This document shows positions 40,949 through 49,986 of a stretch of 64,000 bases of DNA, one piece after another (within the stretch, counting starts at the first letter, position 1; the number at the start of each line of letters is the position of its first letter). The position numbers were made by a program, and so were the translations under genes. The DNA lies in the NCBI GenBank assembly GCA_965214705.1, contig OZ243972.1, forward strand, positions 3,808,001 to 3,872,000, in the 5' to 3' direction. Source of the DNA: Alphaproteobacteria bacterium (GTDB lineage: Bacteria > Pseudomonadota > Alphaproteobacteria > UBA828). Under the pieces are notes generated by a model. The model saw only the letters and a list, made by a program, of their open reading frames with translations. It was not told where the DNA came from and made no database searches.

Positions 40949-42124
40949 TCACGGCACCGTTGGCGGCACCACGGAGACGGTGGTCGCTTTCCCGTCCTTG
41001 ATCGTGTTGAGCACGACGGGCACCTGCATCTGATGCGGCTGGCCCCACGTCTCGGCGCCGCCCCAAGTGATGGTCGGCTTGCCGGGCAGCAGTTCCTGCA
41101 CCACCGTGGATTGCCGGACGCCCTCCACGATCGCCGGGATGTCGTCGATCGAACCGGCTTTCTGGATGCCGGCGAGAAGCACCCTGATCCCCTGGTAGAA
41201 GGCGAGCGCAACGGCGGTCCATTCGCCTTCCCGCTCCGTGTATTTCTCACGGAACGCCACGAGCTCCGGGCCCTCGGGGAAGCCGTGGGAGCCGATGATG
41301 TAGAAGCCCTCGGCGGCCTCGGGGCCGGCGTGGTTGAGGTAGAGGTTGATATCGTCCTCGCAGCTGCAGCTCATCACGCCCTTATAGCCGAGCTGACGGG
41401 CGAGCTTCAGGAGTTGCGGCCCGGTCTGGCCGACGCAACCCAGGTTGAGCATGTCGGGGTTCAGCGCCAGCACCTTGGTTACCACCGGCAGCGGGTCCGC
41501 CAGGTCGGGATCGAAGTACTCGACGCCGAGCCACTCGAGGCCGAGGGCCTGCACCGCAGCCTTGTCGTTTTGCACGGCCATCTCCGGGAACTGTCCGCGC
41601 GGGGACAGCTCGACCACCGTCTTGAGGTCCGGGTTGTCCTCGAGAACCCTCCCGAACAGGACCGGCGCGAAATTCGGCGGCAGATTGAGCGTGCCGAAGC
41701 CGTTGTGCGGCGGCGAGAACACGTCCGGCCGCCACACCGGCGAGACGTGAATGAGTCCTTCCCGCACGTCGTCCGGCAGGCCGAGCCAGGCATCGGGACC
41801 GTTATCGAAGTGGATCATCAGGATCTTGATGCCTTCCTGATGGATGAAGCGCTCCAGGCCGGCTTTGGCGAGCTTGGTGTCCGCCTTGTGGTCGTCGACG
41901 AACAGCTCGATCATGTACGTCTTGCCGCCGACTTCGAGCCCGCCCTGTTCGTTGATCTCGTCGACGTACATTTCCGACGTCGCCCGCAAGGGTACCCCCC
42001 ATGCGGCGCCCCATCCCGTCATCGCTGACTGGAGCCCGATCTTGAGGGTGTCTTCGGCCTGCACGGCTGCGCCAGCGAATGACATCGCGAGCACCGACGC
42101 CGCGGCTACGAGGATTTTCCGCAT
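40949..42124 (-). CDS. Branched-chain amino acid-type ABC substrate-binding protein
   Basis: Sec signal peptide, TLKIG, INEQGG, first gene of the liv-like operon. Confidence 0.85.
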   Translation of the reverse strand: MRKILVAAASVLAMSFAGAAVQAEDTLKIGLQSAMTGWGAAWGVPLRATSEMYVDEINEQGGLEVGGKTYMIELFVDDHKADTKLAKAGLERFIHQEGIKILMIHFDNGPDAWLGLPDDVREGLIHVSPVWRPDVFSPPHNGFGTLNLPPNFAPVLFGRVLEDNPDLKTVVELSPRGQFPEMAVQNDKAAVQALGLEWLGVEYFDPDLADPLPVVTKVLALNPDMLNLGCVGQTGPQLLKLARQLGYKGVMSCSCEDDINLYLNHAGPEAAEGFYIIGSHGFPEGPELVAFREKYTEREGEWTAVALAFYQGIRVLLAGIQKAGSIDDIPAIVEGVRQSTVVQELLPGKPTITWGGAETWGQPHQMQVPVVLNTIKDGKATTVSVVPPTVP

Positions 42125-42233
42125 GGGTTAAGCCTCCCTATTTTGACCTTTTGCGTGCGTGGCAATGCTACGGACTTGGGCCACCAATTGACAAGGCTGG
42201 CTGCCCCACGCAGGGCGCCCCACGAGAAGCGAC

Positions 42234-42271
42234 GCAGGCCGTGACCGTGGCGAGACATCCGGGTTAGTCTG
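42234..42271 (+). repeat. 38-bp direct repeat copy 1 (putative promoter GTGACC-N18-TAGTCT)
   Basis: GCAGGCCGTGACCGTGGCGAGACATCCGGGTTAGTCTG; 34/38 identical to 46369-46406. Confidence 0.85.
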
Positions 42272-42315
42272 GCGCGGCGGCCCGAGTGGCCGCGCCGCGC
42301 GAGAGGGAGGAGACG

Positions 42316-44250
42316 ATGGCCAACCCTGCCGAGGTTGAGGCTTGGGAAGCGCCGGGAGAAATCGATCCCGGGACCTTCAGCGTCATCATGGGCATGTACG
42401 AGAACATCGGGCGCGAAATGATGATCACGCTCGAGCGCTCGGCCTGGACCTCGATCATCAATCTCTGCCGCGACTTCTCCGTCGGCATCGCGGACGACGC
42501 CTGCAATCTGGTCGCGGTGCCGGACACGGCGCTGCCGGTCCAGGCCATGACCATGCAGCGGATCATGAAGAGCACCGCCGAGTTCTTCGAAGGCGAGATC
42601 GAGGACGGCGACGTGCTGATGTGCAACCTCGCCTATCTCGGCAACACTCATATGGGCGAGCCGCTGCTGGCAAGCCCGGTGTTCCACGAGGGCGAGCTGA
42701 TGTTCTGGTCGATGGCGCGCGGCCATCTGGCGGACATGGGCACGCCCGCCTACGTGCCCACCTACCCCTACTCCAAGGACCTCTACAGCGAGGGGCTCAA
42801 GATCCCGCCGATCAAGCTGTTCGAGCGCGGCAAGCTGCGCAGGGACGTGCTGGAGCTCTACCTCGGCAATCTGCGCGCGCGCACCAACAGCCACGGCGAC
42901 CTGATGGCGCACGTGGCCTGCACCTGGCGCGGCAAGGAGCAGTTCGCCTCCCTGATCGAGCGTTACGGGCCGGAGACCGTGCGGCGCTACACCGCCGCGC
43001 TGCTCGACTACACCTCGCGCCGTGTCGGCGCCGATATCCGCAAGATGCGGCCCGGCACCTACTACGGCGAAGACTGGATGGACAGCAACGGCTACGGCAC
43101 CAAGAACGTGCCGGTGCGCACCAAGCTGACCGTCGAAGATGATATGTGGGTCGTCGATCTTTCCGAGTGTCCGCCGCAGATGATCGGCACGCTCAACGCC
43201 TCGCTCCATGGCGCGACGGAGGCCGCTGTCGTCGGCACACTGGCCTTTTGTGTCGATCCGAGCATCCCGAAGAACGAGGGCTTCCACCGCCACGTGGAGA
43301 TCATTTGCCCCGAAGGCACGATCTGCAGCGCGACCGCGCCGTTCTCGACCCAGCATTCGACCACGGGTGCCGCCGAGGTGGTCTACCGGGCGCTGATGCG
43401 TGCGGCCGCCGGGGCCACACCCGAGATGAGCGCGGCCGGCAGCACGTTGATCCAGTGGAGCACCTATATCGGCGTCGACGAGCGCAACGGGGATAACAAG
43501 CTTTGGGCCTATGCCAACTTCAACGAATGCGGCGGCGGTGGCGCGGCCAGCGGGGTCGATGGCAGCCCCTGCATGATGGAGATAGGAGTCGCCGGCGCCA
43601 TGACCTTTATGAGCACCGAGATGGAGGAATGGCTCTATCCGGTGCTGGTCAAGCAGCAAGAGATCAAGACCGATTCACAGGGCGCCGGCCAGTGGCGCGG
43701 CGGGCCCGGCGTGACCACCCACGTCACCGGGCACGGCTCCAGCGCGATGGACGTCTATACGGCGTGTTGGGGGCACAACAATTTGAGCCATGGGACTGTC
43801 GGCGGCAGCGGCGGAATCGGCGGCACGGTCTACGCCTTCGATCCGGCGAAGCCCGACGAGCGGCACTTCTATTCCGGTCTCGGCAAGTTCCAGCTGCCCA
43901 AGGGCTGGGAGTACGTGGTGATCGCGAGCGGGGGTGGGGGTTACGGCGACCCCTACGACCGCGATCCCGCCGCAGTGGCCGAGGACGTCCGCGACGAGAT
44001 CGTGAGCATCGAGGCGGCGCGACAGGACTATGGCATGGTGCTCGATGCCGAAACCCTCGCGGTGGACGAGGCGGCGACCGCAGCACTTCGCACCGAGCTC
44101 AAGGCGGAGCGCGGCCCCGCGCCGCTCAACTCGCCGATGGAGCCCGGCACCTCGACGCTGCGCCAGAGCCTGATGACCAACCGCGATACCTTCACCGACC
44201 TCGACCGCGACCCCGCCGAGGATTCCTCGCCCGACCTCTACGGCCGTTAG
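42316..44250 (+). CDS. Hydantoinase B / oxoprolinase family protein
   Basis: RDFS, EGLKIPP.KL, ECGGGG, GAGQWRGG, GGGGYGDP..RDP..V.EDV. Confidence 0.9.
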   Translation: MANPAEVEAWEAPGEIDPGTFSVIMGMYENIGREMMITLERSAWTSIINLCRDFSVGIADDACNLVAVPDTALPVQAMTMQRIMKSTAEFFEGEIEDGDVLMCNLAYLGNTHMGEPLLASPVFHEGELMFWSMARGHLADMGTPAYVPTYPYSKDLYSEGLKIPPIKLFERGKLRRDVLELYLGNLRARTNSHGDLMAHVACTWRGKEQFASLIERYGPETVRRYTAALLDYTSRRVGADIRKMRPGTYYGEDWMDSNGYGTKNVPVRTKLTVEDDMWVVDLSECPPQMIGTLNASLHGATEAAVVGTLAFCVDPSIPKNEGFHRHVEIICPEGTICSATAPFSTQHSTTGAAEVVYRALMRAAAGATPEMSAAGSTLIQWSTYIGVDERNGDNKLWAYANFNECGGGGAASGVDGSPCMMEIGVAGAMTFMSTEMEEWLYPVLVKQQEIKTDSQGAGQWRGGPGVTTHVTGHGSSAMDVYTACWGHNNLSHGTVGGSGGIGGTVYAFDPAKPDERHFYSGLGKFQLPKGWEYVVIASGGGGYGDPYDRDPAAVAEDVRDEIVSIEAARQDYGMVLDAETLAVDEAATAALRTELKAERGPAPLNSPMEPGTSTLRQSLMTNRDTFTDLDRDPAEDSSPDLYGR

Positions 44251-44290
44251 CCTTACCGCGCAGCCGCGGGCGCCAAACCAGGAGCCATCC

Positions 44291-46357
44291 ATGGCCTATG
44301 TCGCCGCCATCGACATCGGCGGAACCCACACGGACTGCGTCGCGTCTGACGGGCGCGCCGTCCAGTCAGCCAAGGTGCCGACCACCGAGGACCCGACCGA
44401 TGGCGTGATCCACGGCCTGGAGATGTTGGCCGGAAAGTTCGGCACCGATCTCGCCGTGTTGCTCGGCGACTGCGACCGCTTCGTGTACGGCTCGACGACC
44501 GCTACCAACATCTTCGTCCAGCGCCGCCTGCCGAAAACAGGCCTGCTCTGCACCCACGGCCATCGTGACATTCTGTGGTTCCGGGAGGGCAACAAGCCCG
44601 ACCGCTGGAACCTGCGCACGCCGCCACCGTGGTCGCTGCTCGACCGCTACCTGCGGCGGCCGATCCGCGAGCGGATCGATCAGACCGGCGCGGCGATCGT
44701 CCCGCTGGAGGAAGAGGACGTCCGCGAGGCGGCCAGGACGCTACGCGGCGAAGGGGTCGAGGCGGTCGCCATCGCTTTCCTCTGGTCGTTCATCAACCCG
44801 GCGCACGAGCGGCGCGCCCAGGCGATCGCGCGCGAGGAGCTGGGGGACGGCGTCCCGGTGCTCGCCAGCGTCGACGTCCTGCCCGTGATCCGCGAGTGGG
44901 AGCGCACCTTCTGCACCGTGCTCAGCGCCGGGATCATGGTGGAGACCCGCGCGCATCTGGAGAGCTTCCGCGCGCGCATGAGCGAGCTCGGCCTCAAGGG
45001 TGAGCCGCTGGTGATGCAGTGCAACGGCGGCCACGCGACGATCGACGCCATCCTGCGGAACCCGCTCCCGCTTGTGGCGAGCGGCCCGGCGGGTGGCGCG
45101 CTCGCCGGCGTCTACTACGGCGAGCTGACCGACAGCGCGGACGTCATGACGATTGATACCGGCGGCACCAGCTTCGACGTGTGCGTGCTGCCGGGCCGCT
45201 CGATCCCGATCACCAGGGCCAAGCGTCTCGACACCGAGCCGATCTCCATCCCCTCGGTCGATGTCCACACCATCGGCGCGGGCGGCGGCTCGATCGCGTG
45301 GCTGGATGCGGGCGGTGCGCTCCGCGTCGGCCCGCAGAGCGCGGGCGCTAATCCGGGGCCGGCCTGCTACGGGCGGGGCGGAGCCGAGCCGACGCTCACC
45401 GATGCGTTCGTGCATCTCGGCTACATCAACCCCGACTACTTCCTGGGTGGGCGCACCGCGCTCCAGCCGGCCCTCGCCGACCGGGCCATCACGGAGAAAA
45501 TCGCCGAGCCCCTCGGCCTCGACCTTACCGGCGCCGCAGCGCGGATCGTAGAGATCATGAACAGCCGGCTCGCGGGCGCCATGCGGCTCCTCTCGGTCGA
45601 GCGCGGCATCGACCCGCGCCCCTACACGCTGCTGGTGGGCGGCGGCGCCGGGCCGCTGCAGGCCGGCACGCTCGCCAGCAGGCTTGGCATTTCCCGCGTG
45701 ATCGTACCGCGCTGGCCGGGTGTGCTCTGCGCATCGGGCCTGATGCGGGCAGACGTGACGCACAACCTGGTGCGCTCTTTCAACACCACCGCCGAGGCAG
45801 CGGATCTCGACAGGCTCTCCGCCCTCTACGACGAGATGGAGCGCGCCCTCACGCGCACGCTGGAGGAGGAGGGCATCGCGCCGGAAGACATGACGCTCAG
45901 CCGCTTCATCGATGCCCGCTACTCCGGCCAGGTCTACGAGATCGAGACGCCCGTGCCATCGGCCGAGACCCTGACGACGGACCACCTCAAGGCCATCGTC
46001 GCCGCCTTCGAGGACGCCCACGAGGTGCTCTACCACTACCGCATGGAGGGTTATCCGGCAGAGTTCGTGTCCTGCCGGGTGGAAGCGGTCGGGCGGGTGG
46101 AGGCGGTAACGCCGGAAGAGCTGCCGGTGGCCGGGCCCGATCCCTCAGCGGCGGCGAAAGCGACTCGCCGCGCTTACCTGCCCGACGACGGGCGCTTCGC
46201 GCCGGTCGAGACCTTCGACGGCGAAAGACTCGAGCCCGGCAACCGTATCGCAGGCACCGCCATCATTGAGACCGAGGGCTCGACTCTGGTGGTCTGGAAG
46301 GATCAGCGGCTGACGGTCAACCGTTACGGCGACTTCGAGATCGACATTGGCGTCTAA
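44291..46357 (+). CDS. Hydantoinase A / oxoprolinase family ATP-binding subunit
   Basis: DIGGTHTD, SGPAGG, DTGGTSFD, IGAGGGS, SAGANPGPACY, RYSGQ. Confidence 0.92.
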   Translation: MAYVAAIDIGGTHTDCVASDGRAVQSAKVPTTEDPTDGVIHGLEMLAGKFGTDLAVLLGDCDRFVYGSTTATNIFVQRRLPKTGLLCTHGHRDILWFREGNKPDRWNLRTPPPWSLLDRYLRRPIRERIDQTGAAIVPLEEEDVREAARTLRGEGVEAVAIAFLWSFINPAHERRAQAIAREELGDGVPVLASVDVLPVIREWERTFCTVLSAGIMVETRAHLESFRARMSELGLKGEPLVMQCNGGHATIDAILRNPLPLVASGPAGGALAGVYYGELTDSADVMTIDTGGTSFDVCVLPGRSIPITRAKRLDTEPISIPSVDVHTIGAGGGSIAWLDAGGALRVGPQSAGANPGPACYGRGGAEPTLTDAFVHLGYINPDYFLGGRTALQPALADRAITEKIAEPLGLDLTGAAARIVEIMNSRLAGAMRLLSVERGIDPRPYTLLVGGGAGPLQAGTLASRLGISRVIVPRWPGVLCASGLMRADVTHNLVRSFNTTAEAADLDRLSALYDEMERALTRTLEEEGIAPEDMTLSRFIDARYSGQVYEIETPVPSAETLTTDHLKAIVAAFEDAHEVLYHYRMEGYPAEFVSCRVEAVGRVEAVTPEELPVAGPDPSAAAKATRRAYLPDDGRFAPVETFDGERLEPGNRIAGTAIIETEGSTLVVWKDQRLTVNRYGDFEIDIGV

Positions 46358-46368
46358 CGGCACCGGCG

Positions 46369-46406
46369 GCAGGCCGTGACAGTGGCGAGAAATCCGGGCT
46401 AGGCTG
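46369..46406 (+). repeat. 38-bp direct repeat copy 2 (putative promoter GTGACA-N18-TAGGCT)
   Basis: GCAGGCCGTGACAGTGGCGAGAAATCCGGGCTAGGCTG; starts 12 bp after the hydantoinase A stop. Confidence 0.85.
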
Positions 46407-46509
46407 CCGTATTGCCATGGCCGCCGTGCCGCCCGCGGGTCGCACCTCGGCAGCCGGGAAGCGACGGTGCGCGCGGTAGAAGGCGTGAAGCACGGCGCGA
46501 GGACCTCCC

Positions 46510-47568
46510 ATGCCGGCCAACCCACTCTCGGAAATTCCCCTGATCGACATCGGCCCCTATTTCGGGGGTAGCCGCGCCGACAAGAAGCGCGTCGCGGATG
46601 AGATCAGTCGTGCCTGCGAGCACATCGGCTTCTTCCTGGTTTCCGGCCACCAGGTGGACCCGGCGCTCATCGAAGGCGTGCAACGCGAGTCAAAGGCGTT
46701 CTTCGCCCTGCCGCTCGAGGAGAAGCTCGAAATCAAGCAGCGGAAGGAGGAAAAGGGAAGCCGGGGCTACGAACCGGTCGGCACGGAGCAGCTCTCGGCA
46801 ACGATCGGTGTGGAGACCCCGCCCGACCTCAAGGAATCCCTCTCGATCGGGCCGCTGGCGGTGCCGGACCATCCCTCCTGCCACACCGAGGAAGCGCTAC
46901 CTCTTTTCAGGTCCAACATGTGGCCTGAGAACCCGGCCACGCTTCGCCCTACCTACGAGGCGTACATCAGGGCGCTGGACCGGCTAAGCGAGCACTTGCA
47001 CCGGCTCGCCGCGATCGCGTTCGACCTGCCCGAAGACCACTTCAAGGACAAGATCGACCGGGGGTTCAGCATCCTGCGCGTGCTCAACTATCCGGATCAG
47101 CGGGAGGAGCCCGAGGAGGGTCAGCTCCGCGCGGGAGAGCATTCGGACTATGACAATCTGACCATCTGCCTGATCGAGGACAAGCCGGGCGGCCTGCAGG
47201 CGCGCGGCCCGGACGGCACCTGGGTGGACGTGCCGTTCGTCGCCGGCTCGTTCGTGGTCAATATCGGCGATTTCCTGATGCGCTGGACCAATGACCGCTG
47301 GAAGTCCACGCGGCATCGCGTGGTCAACCCGCCACTCGCCGCCGGGGAGCGCCTCTCCGCCTGCCACTTCATCATGCCCAACCACGATGCAGTGATCGAG
47401 TGCCTGCCGACCTGCCACGGGCCCGATCAGCCGGCGAAATACCCATCGATCCTCGCCGGTGACTACATGATCGAGAAATTCGAGAGCCAATCGTCCGGCG
47501 AAGAGTGGAGCGACGAGGACAGAGAGAAGTTCGGCACCGCGGATACGGAATCGCGCTTCACCCATTGA
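46510..47568 (+). CDS. Isopenicillin N synthase family Fe(II)/2OG oxygenase
   Basis: IPLIDI, ACEHIGFF, HSD...H facial triad, HRVVNP, RLS. Confidence 0.9.
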   Translation: MPANPLSEIPLIDIGPYFGGSRADKKRVADEISRACEHIGFFLVSGHQVDPALIEGVQRESKAFFALPLEEKLEIKQRKEEKGSRGYEPVGTEQLSATIGVETPPDLKESLSIGPLAVPDHPSCHTEEALPLFRSNMWPENPATLRPTYEAYIRALDRLSEHLHRLAAIAFDLPEDHFKDKIDRGFSILRVLNYPDQREEPEEGQLRAGEHSDYDNLTICLIEDKPGGLQARGPDGTWVDVPFVAGSFVVNIGDFLMRWTNDRWKSTRHRVVNPPLAAGERLSACHFIMPNHDAVIECLPTCHGPDQPAKYPSILAGDYMIEKFESQSSGEEWSDEDREKFGTADTESRFTH

Positions 47569-47613
47569 CCATCGCTCAGCGCTCAAATCGGACGCCGATC
47601 GACACTCTTGAGG

Positions 47614-47638
47614 CTACGCGTCGGCCGGCACCCAGGGC
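47614..47638 (-). pseudogene. Displaced original 3' end of the tautomerase gene (PWVPADA-stop)
   Basis: Reverse strand reads ccc tgg gtg ccg gcc gac gcg TAG; continues the tautomerase frame if the IS and one TSD copy are removed. Confidence 0.8.
47630..47638. repeat. Target-site duplication, left copy (ACCCAGGGC)
   Basis: Identical 9-mer at 49987-49995. Confidence 0.9.
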
Positions 47639-49986
47639 CTCACACCGGTCCACAGTTGACTCAATGAGTGGTGTGGGCTACATGTCGTGCCATGCAAGTT
47701 GGCCTTCACCAGTTTCACGCCGACACGATCGAGTGGTTGAGCAAGGCGGTCCTGGAGGAGGGCCGCACTCGCAGTTCTCTTGCCCGCGATCTCTGCGCGC
47801 TTGAGGACTGGACCGGCGATCGGGGCGAGCACTGTCTTGCGTCCGCGCGCAAGGCTCTGCCGGTTCTGGCGGACAAGCTCGGGCTCGCGCTGCCGGCGGC
47901 GCGGGCGGCGTTCGGCCGGGGGCGTCGCGAGAGTGCGCCCATCGAAGCCTACCCCGACCTTTCGCTTCGCTGCCGGCTTGCGGATCTGGGCTCGGTGACA
48001 CTGGAGCCGGTCGACGGCGATGCCGAGCGGCAACTGTGGCAAGCGATGATTGCGACGCACCACCCGCAAGGCTGGGCGCGGGCTCCGGGCGGGCAGCTGC
48101 GCTACTGGGTGCGTTCCTCGCTTCACGGCCGCCTCGGCGGCATCGGGTTTTGCGCCGCGAGCTGGCACCAGAAGGCGCGCGACGACTTTATCGGCTGGTC
48201 GGCGGACGCGCGGGCTTTGAACCTGCCGCTCCTGATCAACAACCATCGCTTCCTGCTTCTGCCCGGCGTGCGCGTCCACGGTCTGGCCTCGCGGGTGCTG
48301 GAGCTGGCGGCCGGGCGCGTGGCGGCGGACTGGGAGACGGCCTACAGGGCGCGGCCGGTCCTGGCCTACAGCTATGTCGGCCCCGAGCATGCCGGCACCT
48401 GCTACCGGGCGGCGGGCTGGCGGTGCTGTTCCCAGCACACCTCGGGCCAGCCGCCGGGGTCCGCCGCCGGGGCGGCGCGGACGGTGTGGATGAAGCCGCT
48501 GGCGGCGGATTGGCAGGCCATCTTGTGCGCCGAGCCGGCCCGGGACATCCGTGCGGCGCCGGCGTTGCACATGGACGAGGACACGGACTGGGCGGGGCGG
48601 GAATATGCGCGCAGCACGCATCCTGACGGCCGGGTCCGCGATCGGATCGAGCGCATGGGACGGGCGTGGCTGGAGCGCCCGGGGGCCGCGATCCCGGCGA
48701 TCTTTCCGGCCCGGCCGGAGCGCAAGGCGGCCTACCGGCTGCTGTCGAGCGGGAAGGTGAGCATGGAGCACATCCTGGAGCCGCACCGGGCAACGATGGT
48801 GGAGCGCTGCCAGCTTGAGGACATCGTTCTCGCGATCCAGGACACCACCACGCTGAACTACGACGGGCTCAAAGCGACCGAAGGCCTCGTCGGGGTGGGC
48901 GGCGGCGGCAAGGGCACGTGCGGACTGGTGGCGCATGTGGGTCTGGCGCTCAACGCGGCCGGGCGGCCGCTCGGCGTGTTCGCCCTTGATGCGAGCTTCC
49001 GCGACGGCGACGACAGGGAAATCGAGAGTGAACGCTGGCTGCGCGGGCACGAGCGGGCGCAGGAGTTGGCCCGCGCCTGCCCTGCGACGCGGGTGGTCAC
49101 GGTCTGCGACCGGGAGGGCGACATCTGGGCGTTGCTCACCAGGGCCGCATCGCAAGGCGCGGCGCTGCTGGTGCGCGCGCGCCGGTCGGCACAGCGGCGG
49201 GTGATCCTTGAGAGCGGCGAGGAGGAGAGCGTGTGGGAGCATGTCGCCGCTCTCCCGCGCCTTGCCGGCAAGACCGTGGAGATCGGCGCCTGCGGCGGCA
49301 AGCGGGCGCGGTCCAGGCGCACGGCAACGCTGGAGCTGCGCGCCGCCAGGGTCAGTCTGGCGCCACCGCGCGACGCCGAGAGCCGGGAGCCGGTCGACAT
49401 GCTCGTCGTGTCCGCGACCGAACCCGACCCGCCCGCCGGCAAGGACCCGCTCAACTGGCTGCTGCTGAGCACCGAGGGCAGCGCCGACGCCGAGACCGCC
49501 CAGACCGTCGTCACCTGGTACGAGCGCCGATGGACCATCGAGGAGTACTTCAAGGTTCTGAAGACCGGCACCCGCGTCGAGGACCGAAAGCTCGACCACG
49601 CCGACGACCTGCGAAAGTGTGTCGCCTTCGATGCCATCACCGCCTGCCACGTCTTCGATCTCGAACGCATCGCGCGCGACAAGCCGGACACCCCGGCCAA
49701 CCACGTCGTCTCGGACGACGAAATCGCCATCCTCTACATCAGGCTGATGGCCTACGGCATGGTTCGCGCCCGTCCGCCGCCCGACAAGCCCCCGGACATC
49801 CGCACCTTCGTCATCGATGTCGCCAGGTTCGCCGGCTTCGATCCACGAAAACGGCAGCCCCTGCCGGGAACCCAACTGCTCTGGAAGGGCTACGTCTACC
49901 TGCGACACGCCACCCTCACCTACCGTGCCTTGAAGGACCTGGACATGATCAAACATGGAACTGACTCAACAGTGGGTAGTTGAGAG
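47639..49986 (+). mobile_element. Complete IS4-family (IS50/Tn5-like) insertion sequence, 2348 bp
   Basis: Imperfect terminal IRs (CTCACACCGGTCCACAGTTGACTCA vs reverse complement CTCTCAACTACCCACTGTTGAGTCA, 18/25), 9-bp TSD, single transposase ORF ending inside the right IR. Confidence 0.92.
47692..49983 (+). CDS. IS4/Tn5-type DDE transposase with N-terminal DUF4338 (DruA-like) domain
   Basis: N-part: LRYWV, RDDFIGWS, INNHRFLLLP..RV..LASRVL, HAGTCYRAAGW. C-part: WAGREY..D.R, AAYRLL, IQDTT, VCDREGD, YERRWTIEEYFKVLK (YREK), PG...LWKG. Confidence 0.9.
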   Translation: MQVGLHQFHADTIEWLSKAVLEEGRTRSSLARDLCALEDWTGDRGEHCLASARKALPVLADKLGLALPAARAAFGRGRRESAPIEAYPDLSLRCRLADLGSVTLEPVDGDAERQLWQAMIATHHPQGWARAPGGQLRYWVRSSLHGRLGGIGFCAASWHQKARDDFIGWSADARALNLPLLINNHRFLLLPGVRVHGLASRVLELAAGRVAADWETAYRARPVLAYSYVGPEHAGTCYRAAGWRCCSQHTSGQPPGSAAGAARTVWMKPLAADWQAILCAEPARDIRAAPALHMDEDTDWAGREYARSTHPDGRVRDRIERMGRAWLERPGAAIPAIFPARPERKAAYRLLSSGKVSMEHILEPHRATMVERCQLEDIVLAIQDTTTLNYDGLKATEGLVGVGGGGKGTCGLVAHVGLALNAAGRPLGVFALDASFRDGDDREIESERWLRGHERAQELARACPATRVVTVCDREGDIWALLTRAASQGAALLVRARRSAQRRVILESGEEESVWEHVAALPRLAGKTVEIGACGGKRARSRRTATLELRAARVSLAPPRDAESREPVDMLVVSATEPDPPAGKDPLNWLLLSTEGSADAETAQTVVTWYERRWTIEEYFKVLKTGTRVEDRKLDHADDLRKCVAFDAITACHVFDLERIARDKPDTPANHVVSDDEIAILYIRLMAYGMVRARPPPDKPPDIRTFVIDVARFAGFDPRKRQPLPGTQLLWKGYVYLRHATLTYRALKDLDMIKHGTDSTVGS

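Noticed and set aside
47692-48570. Druantia anti-phage system
   Set aside because: Only a DruA-like domain fused to a transposase; no DruE helicase or other Dru genes in the window
47614-49956. 780-aa antisense ORF spanning the IS
   Set aside because: Shadow frame of the GC-rich transposase with no recognisable motifs; it ends at the displaced tautomerase stop
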